From: Mobula hypostoma
Taxonomy: Eukaryota
Assembly: GCF_963921235.1 (NCBI RefSeq)
Contig: NC_086097.1
Coordinates: 219,172,001 to 219,236,000, forward strand
Direction: 5' to 3'
Length of the DNA stretch: 64,000 nt
Each line of letters opens with the position of its first letter. The stretch's first letter is position 1. Below, piece after piece: positions 25,873-37,243 of the stretch. A model generated the notes under the pieces. It ran no database searches, was not told the origin of the DNA, and saw nothing but the letters and a program-made list of their open reading frames with translations. Position numbers and translations under genes: made by a program.

Positions 25873-26644
25873 GTTTAGTAAATGATTAAGTTAAAATAAG
25901 CAGTACAAAAAAAAATAAATAAAAATTAGTGAGGTAGTGTTCATGGGTTCAATGTCAATTTAGGACTCAGATGGCAGAGGGGAAGAAGCTGTTCCTGAAT
26001 TGCTGAGGATGTGCCTTCAGGCTTCTGTACCTCCTACCAATGAGAAGAGGGAATGCCCTGGCTGGTGGAAAAGGATCAGCATTCCTTTTCAGTTCACTGT
26101 TTTACAATCAATGTTCATTTTTACTTTTTTAAACATGAAATTTGGAGAGTCTTACCAATGTTTTACATGCTAAATGTCTTTCCAGTTACAATTGTTCAAT
26201 GCTGTTTCGTGAGTGGATACCAAATTCCATTCATATTACATGATTAGAGATTTTCTGGGATTTCTCAGTGGATTTCAGAATTGTTTTCTGGAGAGGGCAG
26301 TAATTCAATAGTTACAAGTAGCCTTGTACGATTGCTTGAGGGACCCGGGTTCAATCCTGACTTTGGCTTCTCTCCTTGTGAAATTTGTACATCCTTCCAT
26401 AATTAAATGGATTTCCTCTAGATGCTCTGATCTTTCAAAGACACAGTGGCATGTGTGTCTTAGCCACTGTATATTACCCCTTATTGTGAATTAAAGGGGT
26501 GTTGATGGGCATGTGCAAGGGACAAACTACAGGGCTGTAGGAAAATAGAAAGGGGGGGCATGACTGATAGGATTGCTCTGCTGGGAGCTATCATGTGCCT
26601 GATGATATGAATGATCTAATTGTATAATACATAAGTTAAAAGCC

Positions 26645-26960
26645 AACATGAAGAAATGTAACATTGACATCAACATTGGGAAACCAATGCCAAGGACAGG
26701 AAACTCTGGCGAGCCATCATCCGAGAAGGAACAGCAACTTTCAAAGCCAACTGATGTGCAGAATTAGAAGGAGAGAGAAGAAAATGGACAGAGAGGCAGC
26801 AACAGCCAAAGCCTGATCTGCCATCTGGAACTACCTGTCCTGAATGCGGAAGAATTTTCAAAGTCAAGATTGGACTCATAAGCCACTTGAGAGCCCATAA
26901 ATAGATCAACAGAATGAAGACCATCATCCTCGACCTCGAGGGATAGCCACGACGACCACA
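26645..26960 (+). mobile_element. RTE-clade LINE 3' end
   Basis: C-terminal CPECGRIFKVKIGLISHLRAHK-stop, short UTR, gacgac tail. Confidence 0.8.
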
Positions 26961-27654
26961 TAAGATATTACATGCATTATTTTTCAAAACCTGCAGAACT
27001 CATTAGTCCACCCTTAATTATCTGTCTTTCTCCCTAATATTGTAGAATATCCTCTATCCTTAACTATCTTTTGCAGTTTGTGCACCAACTAAATATAAAA
27101 CAGTAATGGAAAGATAAAAGGAAAAAGGCTTTAAACAAATGGGACAAAAGGTGGGATCCAAAAAGACAAAGTGCAGATTGACATATGAAGGGAAATAGGC
27201 TTAAAGTCAGTAAGTGAGATCAATGCAGATATGCTTACAGCTGGCATTGATGAGGTAAGGTCCTTCCCTGTATTATTATGTTTCGATGATTCATTCCCAT
27301 ATTGGAAGGCTTCCTGTAGGTAATAACTTTAATGATCAGATAATAGTTATAAATGTTTTTTAAATTTGTCTACCCATTGCAATTACTCATTGCAGTGAGG
27401 TAAAACAAGTAGAGACATAACAAACTGAACAGATAACCTACCTTATTGGAACTGTAGTTTACATAAATGCAGTTTATCAATATCATTTCTATTATAAGCA
27501 TAAAGTATATAATCTCTATAATATAGATAGTTTAGGTTAGCGCGATAGAAAACAGTAATAGGATGTAATGCCACTTTCTTTTACAACTTACAGCTCAATG
27601 ACTCCACTCGAATTATAAAAGGGTTTGGGGATATTATGTGCTTCTAAAATTATA

Positions 27655-28202
27655 GACTCAGTGGCCACCTTATCAGGAGCACCTGTACATCAGCGCTTGT
27701 TAATGCAAATATCTGATCAGCCAATCATGTGGCAGAGACTCAGTGCATTAAAACATGCAGACATCATCAAGAAGTTTAGTTGTTGTTCAGACCAAACATC
27801 AGAATGGAGAAAAAATGTGGGCTAAATAACTTTGACAGTGGAAGGATTGTTGGTGCCAGACGGGGTGGTTTGAGTATCTCAGAAACTGGTTATCTCCTGG
27901 GATTTTCACACGTGACAGTTTGTAGAGTTTACAGAGAGTGGTACAAAACAAACAAAAAAAAAAATCAAATGAGTGACAGTTCTATGGGCAAAAATTCTTT
28001 TTTAAGGAGAGGTCAAAGAAGAACGGCCAGACAGGTTCAGGCTGACAGGAAGGCGACAGTAACTCTGATAAATACAACGATGGTGTGCAGAAGAGCATCT
28101 CATGGACAACATGTCGAACCTTGAAGTAGGTGAGCTAAAGCAGCAAAAACCACAAACATTTTATTAGGTGCAGGAAGTGCCTAACAAAGTGGCCTCCAAG
28201 TG
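27655..28202 (+). mobile_element. Tc1/mariner deletion derivative
   Basis: TA-flanked TIRs (gactcagtggccacctt / aaagtggcctccaagtg); ORF 27780..28124 has the Tc1 HTH GRIVGARRGGLSISETGYLLGFSHVTVCRVYREW. Confidence 0.88.
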
Positions 28203-30069
28203 TACATGTGAACTTGAGACTTCAGTAAGCACATCTTGAAGCTTTTATCAATTTTTTCATTTTCAAACACCTTGCTTTTTTTAAGCGTACATTTTTCCTA
28301 TTATCAGTAAATTTATTATTTCCCTTGTAGAGAATCCTCAACCGAAAATTTCAGTTTGGAGTCCTTTGTTTAGTTAGATAATGAAAGTAATCACTATTAA
28401 ATGAGAAATGGGGTGTCACCCCTGTGTCAGTATCTCAGTGGAGGGAAAGATTCCTGCAAGGTCTCCACCTACATATTAATCAGTCTTCAAATGCTGAATG
28501 TGCGACTGCAGAAGTTGCAGCATTTGTAGAACCCAATTCATATATCTATTCTATGTCTCTTAATCTGATACATTTCCAGAAATATTTTGTCATTTTGTTA
28601 TGGAGAAAAACAAAAATGAGAAAAAAAGCAGAGCGATGAGGTAATCAAGTTACCTGAGAACCTACAGAGGCGATTGCAGCTCAAACACTCATGCTGTTTG
28701 CAAAGAAATCTTTCACAAATTATGTTATAACTAAATCTAAAACCTGCCATCATTGCAGTGGTTTTCAAAGATTCTATCTACCTTAGACTCTCTGCAGTGA
28801 AATCAGGTAGCGATTTCACACCATGAGAGTTTTTTTTGTGAAAGGAATATTTTCAGGTGTAAAGTGCATTCTGCTATACTCTGGTATTGATGATAATCTA
28901 CAGTACTTAAGCACTTAGTCATAGTGTGACAGAGGGGTCATTGTCTGAGGCTTCGATGGGAATAGAATGAGTACACTGTAAAATGGTCTGTCAAGTGACT
29001 CCAAGTCTGTTTTGTACAACTGGCAAAGATCAGTTTCACTTCTTCCTCCCCCACCGCCCCCCCCACTCCAGCGCTCCCACCCAGCATGCCCAAGGGTTTC
29101 CTCCAATTTAACTGCTGCAACCTATATTAAGACATTACAATAATGGCAGCTGAGTAAACTTGAGGGCAATAAACTATAAAAGCTGGCAGTTCACTAGATG
29201 CATGATGTATATCATTGTATTGTTCATTTGAATGCTTCCCTCTGCTGTGACAGGAATTCCAAAGGAGTACTTATTATATTTTGAACACTCCTATTTATTA
29301 ATTTGAATATTTATTTAAATGTGTTTGTTGAACTTAATGCTGACTGTAATACTGAATAGTCAGATATTGCTCATTTTCCTTTCTCAGCATCAACAAGAAT
29401 CAAGTCAGCCTAATTTGGAATAAAGCTCTCACTTTTCAAACCTCTGAAGTTTTAGAAATTCTGTTCTAATGTAGCCAGCATTTTACAGTAGCTCTTCTTT
29501 CTGCTAATGCAGGCAATTTTAGAAATTCATTATTGAATTAACATTTATTAATAAAGATCTGTGTGTTCTTGGAGCTATTGAAGGGAAAGGTATGAGGACA
29601 ATCTTACAGTACTTTTACATTCATCAGAAAATTAGACAGCCTTTGGCCAAATGACTTTTTTTTTAGCCTAAATCGCAGTACTAAATCTAACTGTCCAGAT
29701 ACGAATCCACAGTGCTATTAAATCTCTATTAAATACAATACAACATAAATGAACGGAAAAGCTATTCTCCTTTTATTTCATTATATTTGACTTTTGGTTT
29801 ATAACATTGTTAATCACAGCTATTTCTTAATTCAAATTATCTGAGGCAAATAACTAGATAAAACTTATAAGAAATCAAATCAACAAACTTTCTCCCATGT
29901 AATAGTGAGCACATATGCAACCATAAGAAAATACAAGACAAAATGTTTTAGTCTCTTAAAATTGAGAAACAGCTTTTTAAAGTGGACTATCACATAGGTG
30001 ATCACTATGTTCCTTCAAAGATTTATAAATCTAGTACTGTCATGATGTTGCTGCAAAATCAATGTCAGC

Positions 30070-30345
30070 TCGCTTGTTGTGAAGTTGTAAGCTTAATTTC
30101 AGAACTTAACTATATAATAGGAATAGTTAAATAATTGCAGTGCTGAAGTACTGCATTGTCAGAAGGACTGTCTTTCAGAGGTTAAGCTAATGTCCCATGT
30201 TCACTGTGAAGTGGATGAAGACAATATGTATATGATACAACTTAAGGAACAGAGAATTTTCTTCAGAAACATATATTTCTCAATAAAAATGTTAATAAAA
30301 TGTGAATCAATATTCATTGCCTTGCTATTGTGGGATCTTTGCAAG
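30070..30345 (+). mobile_element. Ancient Deu-domain SINE remnant
   Basis: tgcagtgctgaagtactgcattgtcagaaggactgtctttcag ... ttgctattgtgggatct resemble the Deu core. Confidence 0.45.
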
Positions 30346-30576
30346 AAAAGGCCATAAAGCATAGGTGAAGAATTAAATAAGTTGAATATTTGTAGGATGG
30401 ATATTATAGATAATTCTTTTGTTAATGCATTTGTTCTACCGTTTTAAATTTGTCAGAACATCTTCTATGGATAGATACATTCTATACAATTAAAGTGAAA
30501 TGCCATTATTAAGATGTTACAAGAGTTTGTTATTAATTAATCCATAGGTTCTAAGATGTACTTTACCTTTCCTTAG

Positions 30577-30670
30577 GATGAATCTTTTCCACAGTCGTTA
30601 GCTACTCGCCAACCATGGACTTTACCCAGTAATACAGATAATGAAGGTGCGGATCCTGGTCAGGACAAGT
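30577..30670 (+). CDS. Internal coding exon of host gene (DESFPQSLATRQPWTLPSNTDNEGADPGQDK)
   Basis: Strong acceptor ctttacctttccttag, donor t|gtgagt; 94 nt open in phase 0, matching the previous exon. Confidence 0.75.
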
Positions 30671-30859
30671 GTGAGTATGTATGATGTGGATTACAAGTCA
30701 ATGTACCCTATATGTTTGTTAATTTTGCCACCGATGCTAGTTCCAGCTTTGATGGTATCACAATCAGCATGTATCTAAACATGCCCTCTTGAAAATCATC
30801 AGTATTACCTTCACTGAATTCCCATCAATTGGATGCCATAATCCCATCCCCTCTTGAAA

Positions 30860-31480
30860 ATCATCACTAAACAAGTACTTCACATCGGTATTCACCAAGG
30901 AGAGGAACCCGGAAGTCAGTGAGATCAGGGAGACATATGCTGATATTCTGAGGCCTATAGATATGAGGGAGGAGGAGATGTTGGCTGTCTTGAAGAACTT
31001 AAAGATGAGCAAGTCCCCAGTGTCTGATAGGACCTATCCTAGGTTATCATGTGAAGCAAGAGAGGGGTTTGTTACAGCCTTGAAAAAAAAATTTTTGTAT
31101 TCTCTTTAGTCACAGATGAGGTCCAAGAGGACTGTGGAAAAGCCAATGCTATGCTCTGATTAAGAAATGCAATAAAGAAGAAGCTAGAATTTGAAAGTCT
31201 GCGAGTCTTACATCAGTGGCACTCACATCTGGAAAAGCATAACATTAGGGATAGTCAGCATTCTTTTAGCAGGGAAAGTCATGTCTTACAAACAAGTGAG
31301 TTTTTTCAGGAGGTAGTGAAGACATTTGGTAAGGGTAGGGCAATGGATGTTGTGATCATGGACTTCAGTAAAGCTTTCGACAAGGTCCCTCAAGTCCTTC
31401 TTCTCTGACCCAGAAGAGTGAAGCTTAAGGGACCCATGGAGACTTGGTAGGTTGGATTCCAGTTTGGCTATTGAAGAGAC
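30860..31480 (+). mobile_element. CR1 remnant
   Basis: SVFTKE, KSP..D..YPR, MDFSKAFDKVP motifs. Confidence 0.8.
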
Positions 31481-32104
31481 TGTTGTCTCAGGAAACAGGT
31501 TGTTTTGTAGATATTTAATGTAATGCTCATTCTTTCCTGTGCTTCACTAAATGAGTCACAAATGACTTACAGCAGAGTCTCCAAACATGTACATATGCAA
31601 CAGTCAATTGTGTGGTGCTGTTTGCTGACGGAGGTTGAAGTAACCATGGCTTCAGAATGTCAGTGATGTAGGTCTCCCAGTTTCCTATTTGTCCAGTAGA
31701 TTATCTCCAATCTGGTGAAAAATTTGTTTCCAACAGCAGCATTGAATTTACTCTGGAGGATCAAATTGTCTCCCCCAGGAAATGGACAAAGTCTTTTAAA
31801 GTTAACAGTAGAAATATTTCTTGATCTCATTTGTAGCTTCTGAAGAAAAGGGCTAAAACACTGATGTATGCTGGTTCTGTGTTAGAGTGAGTCAAAGTGG
31901 TTTACTTATTCCGTCGGGGCAGTTGCTGACACACTGGATTAGCTCTTTTACGAAGGAAAAGTGAACCACACTTAAATTGGGTTCCTTTTCCCGTTTGCTA
32001 TCCCAGAAGAAGTGGTGTGCCTTGTACTTTGAGCTGGCAATTTCAATTGGCATCCACTGAGCTCCAGTGATCTCTTTCCTTCAGCGTGCCTTTGGTGATA
32101 TCCG

Positions 32105-32700
32105 TAATTAAGACCATAAGACATAGGAGCAGAATTAGGCCATTTGGCTTATTGGGTCTGCTCCAACATTCATTCATGGCTGATCCTTTTTTTACCCTCC
32201 GCAACCCCATTCTCCGGCCTTCTCCCAGAAGCCATGTCCAATCAAGAAACTACTTGTCTCTACCTTAAATACATGCAACAACCTGGCCTCCACAGCTGCA
32301 TGTGGCGACAAGTTCCACAAATTCACCACCCTCCGGCTAAAGAAATTTCTCTACATTTCTGTTTTAGGTGGCCACTTCTCTATCCTGAGGCTGTGCCCTC
32401 ATGTCCTAGACTCCCCATGAGAAATGTCTTTTCCGCATCTACTGTGTCTAGTCTTTCAACATTTGAAAGGTTTCAGTGAGATCTCCCCCCATCCTTCTAA
32501 ATTCCAGTGAATACAGACTCAGAGCCATCAAGCGTTCCTCATATGATAACCCCTTCATTCCCAGAATCATCCTTGTGAACCTCCTCTGGACCCTCTCCAA
32601 TGCCAGCACATCTTTTCTAAGATGAGAGGCTCAAAACTGTTCACAATACTCAAGGTGAGGCCTCACCAGTGCCTTAGAAAGTCTCCGCATCACATCCTCG
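32105..32700 (-). mobile_element. CR1 3' fragment
   Basis: taagaccataagac tail plus C-terminal ORF2 similarity. Confidence 0.85.
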
Positions 32701-33752
32701 CTGATCCAGATGTTGGTTATTCCATCATTTGCCTATTGAAGTTTACATACTTCCAGACCCACCAACAATATGCTTCCCACATGCATATAACGTTACCATT
32801 GGAACTGTGTAAAACTGTACAGTTATATTTCATTTTATAATATTCTGACAAGATTCATTGCAGTGCTTGACTAACCTGACTTGCATAAAGATGAGAAAAT
32901 TAACCCTACTTTTATGCCATGTAACAAGAACAAAAGAAAACAGCAGAATTATTGCAGAGTAAGTCTGCTACCTATTACAGCCAATTATCATGGCAGCTCT
33001 CATATACAGTGCAGTAAAATTCAAGTACTTTTGCAGCAAGATATTAAGTACTGTTATTGTTTATTTTAACTGGATTATTTGGAGGAGGCATAAAGCTTCC
33101 CCAATCAGTGGAAGGAAATTAGAGGTAAAGTCACCTTGACCCATGTTTACCTCAACGTACCATGGTACTATTTATTCTGAAAGAACTTGGGAGAATTGCT
33201 CCATTGACCCTGCTGTTATTCACAGAGCCAGCTCATTAGCACATTCAGTAACGTGCCAGGAATGCTGCTTCTCGGCAACAAGTGCTTAGATTTGTGGCCG
33301 TTGTGGAATTGGTAAAAGAAATATCTTGCTGCAAAGACTTTCAGCCAAGAAATCTAGAGAGAGTAAATGAAAACTTGGAGCAAGTGTCTCGAGGAGCTGA
33401 ATACATTTTTTGCTTCCCATCAAGATTCTGGAAATGGCTTTCTTTGGACCCCTAGGAAATGGACTCCAATCTCAGGGAGTCTGCAGTGGAAATAATTATG
33501 TTGAATGAGCAGCACACCTTCATGAGTCCGTGACTTCTTTCCCAACCCAAGCTTTACAATGGTTATGGATAAGGGAGCTTCCCCTATAATGCAGCAATTT
33601 TGTGGAGAAGTTTTTCCAGCTGAAAGACAACTGGGATACTTGGAAGTCAATGGCTGGGTGCATGTCACACCTGCACTCCGCTTTGTTCCACTTGGGTATG
33701 ACACATTCATTTCAGGCAGGCCTATGCCAGTGGTGCTGCAGGCCATGAAACG

Positions 33753-34340
33753 TAGGAACATAAAAAAACCTACAGCACAATACAGGCCCTTCGGCCCACA
33801 AAGCTGTGCCGAGCATGTCCTTACCTGAGAACGACCTAGGCTTACCTATAGCCCTCTATTCTTCTGTGCTCCATGTATCCATCCCAGAGTCTCCTAAAAG
33901 ACCCTATCGTTTCTGCCACCACCGCCGCCGCTGGCAGCCCATTCCACACACTCACCACTCTCTGCGTAATAAAATTTACCCCTGACATCTCCTCTGTACC
34001 TTTCCAGACACTGTAATCAGCCACAGCTTGGCCGAAGCATATGCGCTGCACCTGTCTCATGGCTTACAAGAGGGAGCCAGGGAAATGCATGCCATGATGT
34101 TATGGGGAATGTATAGAGTCATGGAAATGTACAGCACAGAAACAGGCCTTTCAGCCCATTCAGTCCATGCTGAAACCATTTAAACTGCCTACTTCCATTG
34201 ACCTGAAGTGGGGCCGTAGCCCTACCATCCATGTACCTATCCAAACTTCACTTAAAGGCTGACATCGAGCTCGCATGCATGCACCACTTTTGCTGGCGGC
34301 TCATTCCACACTCTCATGACCCTCTGAGTGAAGAAGTATG
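33753..34340 (-). mobile_element. Two short CR1 3' tails (about 33753-34005 and 34112-34340)
   Basis: FITQRVVSVWNGLP motif and CR1 3' UTRs. Confidence 0.75.
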
Positions 34341-34751
34341 AGTTCTTGTAGTTCCCAAAAAAAAGTATAGGAGAGGAAGTATATGGAATAATTAGCATTT
34401 CAAAGAGTTAGCCAGGAATTTGCTAGATCTGTCGCAGATATCATCTTACCTAGGAGATGAAAGAAGAAAAGCACTGCAATGGTTAATGATGCCGTACAAT
34501 GTGACTAGTTGCTGCCACCCAGATACCACAACCTTCCCACCACACTAATTAACAATAACATATTACTTGGGAAGAGTACAGATGAGTATGGTCTCAGCAT
34601 CCAAGCTGTGAGTGTATTGCAAGGCTACTTTCTGCCCTCATGAGGTAGAACAAGTGGCAGGAATGGTGCTTCCACTGCCCACTAGACCACCTTGTTTAGA
34701 GACCAAATAAACTTCAATATGGTGAACCAACTGTAAAAATAAAGCCCTATC

Positions 34752-34902
34752 AAACACAAGAGAAGATCTGCAGATGCTGGAAATCCAAACAACACACACA
34801 CACACAAAGTGCTGGAGGAGCTCAGCAGGCCAGGCAGCATCTGTGGAAAAGAAAACAGTCGATGTTCTGGGCCGAGGCCCTTCATCATTTTGTGTGTGTT
34901 GT
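34752..34902 (-). mobile_element. Penelope terminal repeat with decayed hammerhead
   Basis: - strand atgatgaagggcctcggcccagaacatcgactg followed by gatgctgcctggcctgctgag. Confidence 0.7.
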
Positions 34903-35169
34903 AGAAATAGCATTTGCAGCTAAATCTGTATTAGGTTGAGTGGGTGGGTGCTGGAGATGGCAATATTGCAGAATAATCTCGAGCCATTCAATTAAGGAAT
35001 ATAGCTAGATCACTCAGTGTTGAGTATTTGTGAGAGCCCATCCAGAATGGCTGAGGTTGTGGCAGACAGTGAAAGGACAGGAGAGAGGAATCTACTTTGC
35101 CACATCCTTGTCAATCTAAAGTTCACAGAGACATCTGTACTTGTCAGTATCAGAAGAAGGGACATACAT

Positions 35170-36351
35170 CAGGGGTCCCCAACCTTTTTTGCACTGCGGA
35201 CCGGTTTAATATTGACAATATTCTTGCAGACTGGCCGACTGGTGGGGGGGTAGGGGGGGTGCTAGGGTTGCCAACAGACAAGAGTAGCAGTCAAATACAT
35301 TGTGTTTACCCCTAGAAAGACTACAATGACCATGAAGCCTTGCGCGGGCACTTGTGTGCGCATGTGTGTACGTGCCGATTTTTTTTCTACAGATCGTTTC
35401 TGGCGATTCTGTTCGGGGGGGGGGAGTGTTATAATCATGACCGGAATACAGGTGATAAGTGGCTAATAAACCCTTTTAGAAACGAAAATGAGTGTATCTA
35501 ACGAATTTAATATTAAACGCACAGCGCATATTTTCCTCGCATGAATATAGTGATAAGTCAGTTATCAGGGGAGGACAGGAGAGCTTGAGGTTAAGTGTTG
35601 AACGAACTTCCAGAAGAAGTGGTAGAGGCAGGTTCGATATTATCACTTAAAGAAAAATTTAATAGGTATATGGACAGGAAAGGAATGGAGGGTTATGGGC
35701 TGAGTGCAGGTCGGTGGGACTAGGTGAGAGTAGCGTTCGGCACGGACTAGAAGGGCAGAGATCGCCTGTTTCCGTGCTGTAATTGTTATATGGTTATATA
35801 GGTCACTTATAAGTCAATAGCATCATAACGTTTTAAGTAACGTTTGGATATTAAACACACAGCACATACTTTCCCCATATGAACATATAAAATCATTGCA
35901 ACACACCAATATCGCTGAATCAGTGGGAGCCGTGGGCTTGTTTCCCTGCAACAAGACGGTCCTATCGAGGGGTGATGGGAGACAGCGATACTCGAAGGGG
36001 GTTCCTTATGTTCAGTCTATTCCGCAATTTAGTTTTCGTTGCATTCATTGCAGAGATATGTTGGAAATAGAAACAACGTTTTCAGTGCTTTCATGGCTAT
36101 CTCAAGATATTTAGCATTGACTTTGATCCAGAATGCCGGCGCCAGCAGAGACGTTATGTCAAACATACTTTTCAGCCTGCCGTCATTTGCAAGCTCGGGG
36201 AGTTAATCTCCTTCCCGCACTGACATGGATGAAACATGCATAATGACCTCGCATGCGTAATGGCTCAACAGTGGCCGTGACAGGGAATGAGGAAAGGTTT
36301 CCTCGCAGCCTGGTAGCTCATGCTTTGCAGCCCGGTGGTTGGGGACTGCTG
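35170..36351 (-). mobile_element. Second hAT Charlie copy, non-autonomous, containing a CR1 3' tail (about 35565-35800, +)
   Basis: Same TIRs as 24363-25872; TSD acatacat / acttacat; shared internal blocks. Confidence 0.9.
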
Positions 36352-36660
36352 ACTTACATAATCATTCTGAAAGTACAGTCTTTACACTGAAAATATCCAT
36401 GTTGTGCAGCTCTAATAAGCAGGGTAGATTCAAAATTATTCTAAATGCTCGAACTTGAGCATACCTGAGGTGCACTGCGGCATCTATGATTGGATGCTCA
36501 GTTTACCATGACTAATAAGTTAGGAGAATCAGTCTGCTTTCATGCTGAGTAGAAAAGCATTTTAAAAATGGGGAAGGGCAATCTGATGAGATGGCAATAC
36601 AGTGTGTAGATGCCAAACAACATTAACAACTAACTAAGTCCAAAGCCAATTGATCTCCTG

Positions 36661-36865
36661 AACAGAAGAGATTCTTCAGGTGCTGGAAATTTTGAGCAAC
36701 ACACACACATACACACACAATGCTATAGGAACTCAGCAAGTCAGGCATCAATGAAAGAGTCAACATCTTGGGCCGAGTCCCTTTTCAGCCAATACATCAA
36801 CTGTTTCTTCCCTTCCATAGATGCTGCCTGACTTGCTGAGTTCCTCCAGCATTTTGTGTGTGTTG
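36661..36865. mobile_element. Older Penelope-derived palindromic element
   Basis: Arms ggaactcagcaagtcaggca / tgcctgacttgctgagttcc; decayed hammerhead core. Confidence 0.7.
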
Positions 36866-37243
36866 ATATACAGAACAAAACTGTGCAGATTTGCTTCATC
36901 CAGTAGTGAATGGGAGTGTAAAATTACACACTGAAGGAAAAGACTGTATGAACATTGACATCCTCAATGATTATGGAATCCATCTAGGAAATAAATGTAA
37001 AATGACTGTATTTATCGGAATTGTTAGCCGGAAGTCCTGGATTGATGACCTGCCTAATGCTACAAATCCCAGCATCAGACCAGAAACTTAACTGGATCAT
37101 CCGTAAAGATACTCCACTGCAAGAGCTGACCAGTGGGTGTTTATTCTGTGACAAATGACTCGCCTTCTGATTCCACTAATCGTTTTCAGGATTTGTGATT
37201 CAAAATTCAGGTCTGCAATAGAATACTTATTTAAGGTGGTGAA

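Noticed and set aside
33420..33828. Overlapping ORFs as a nested gene or DIRS/ALOG remnant
   Set aside because: No convincing motif; the + ORF runs into a CR1 tail.
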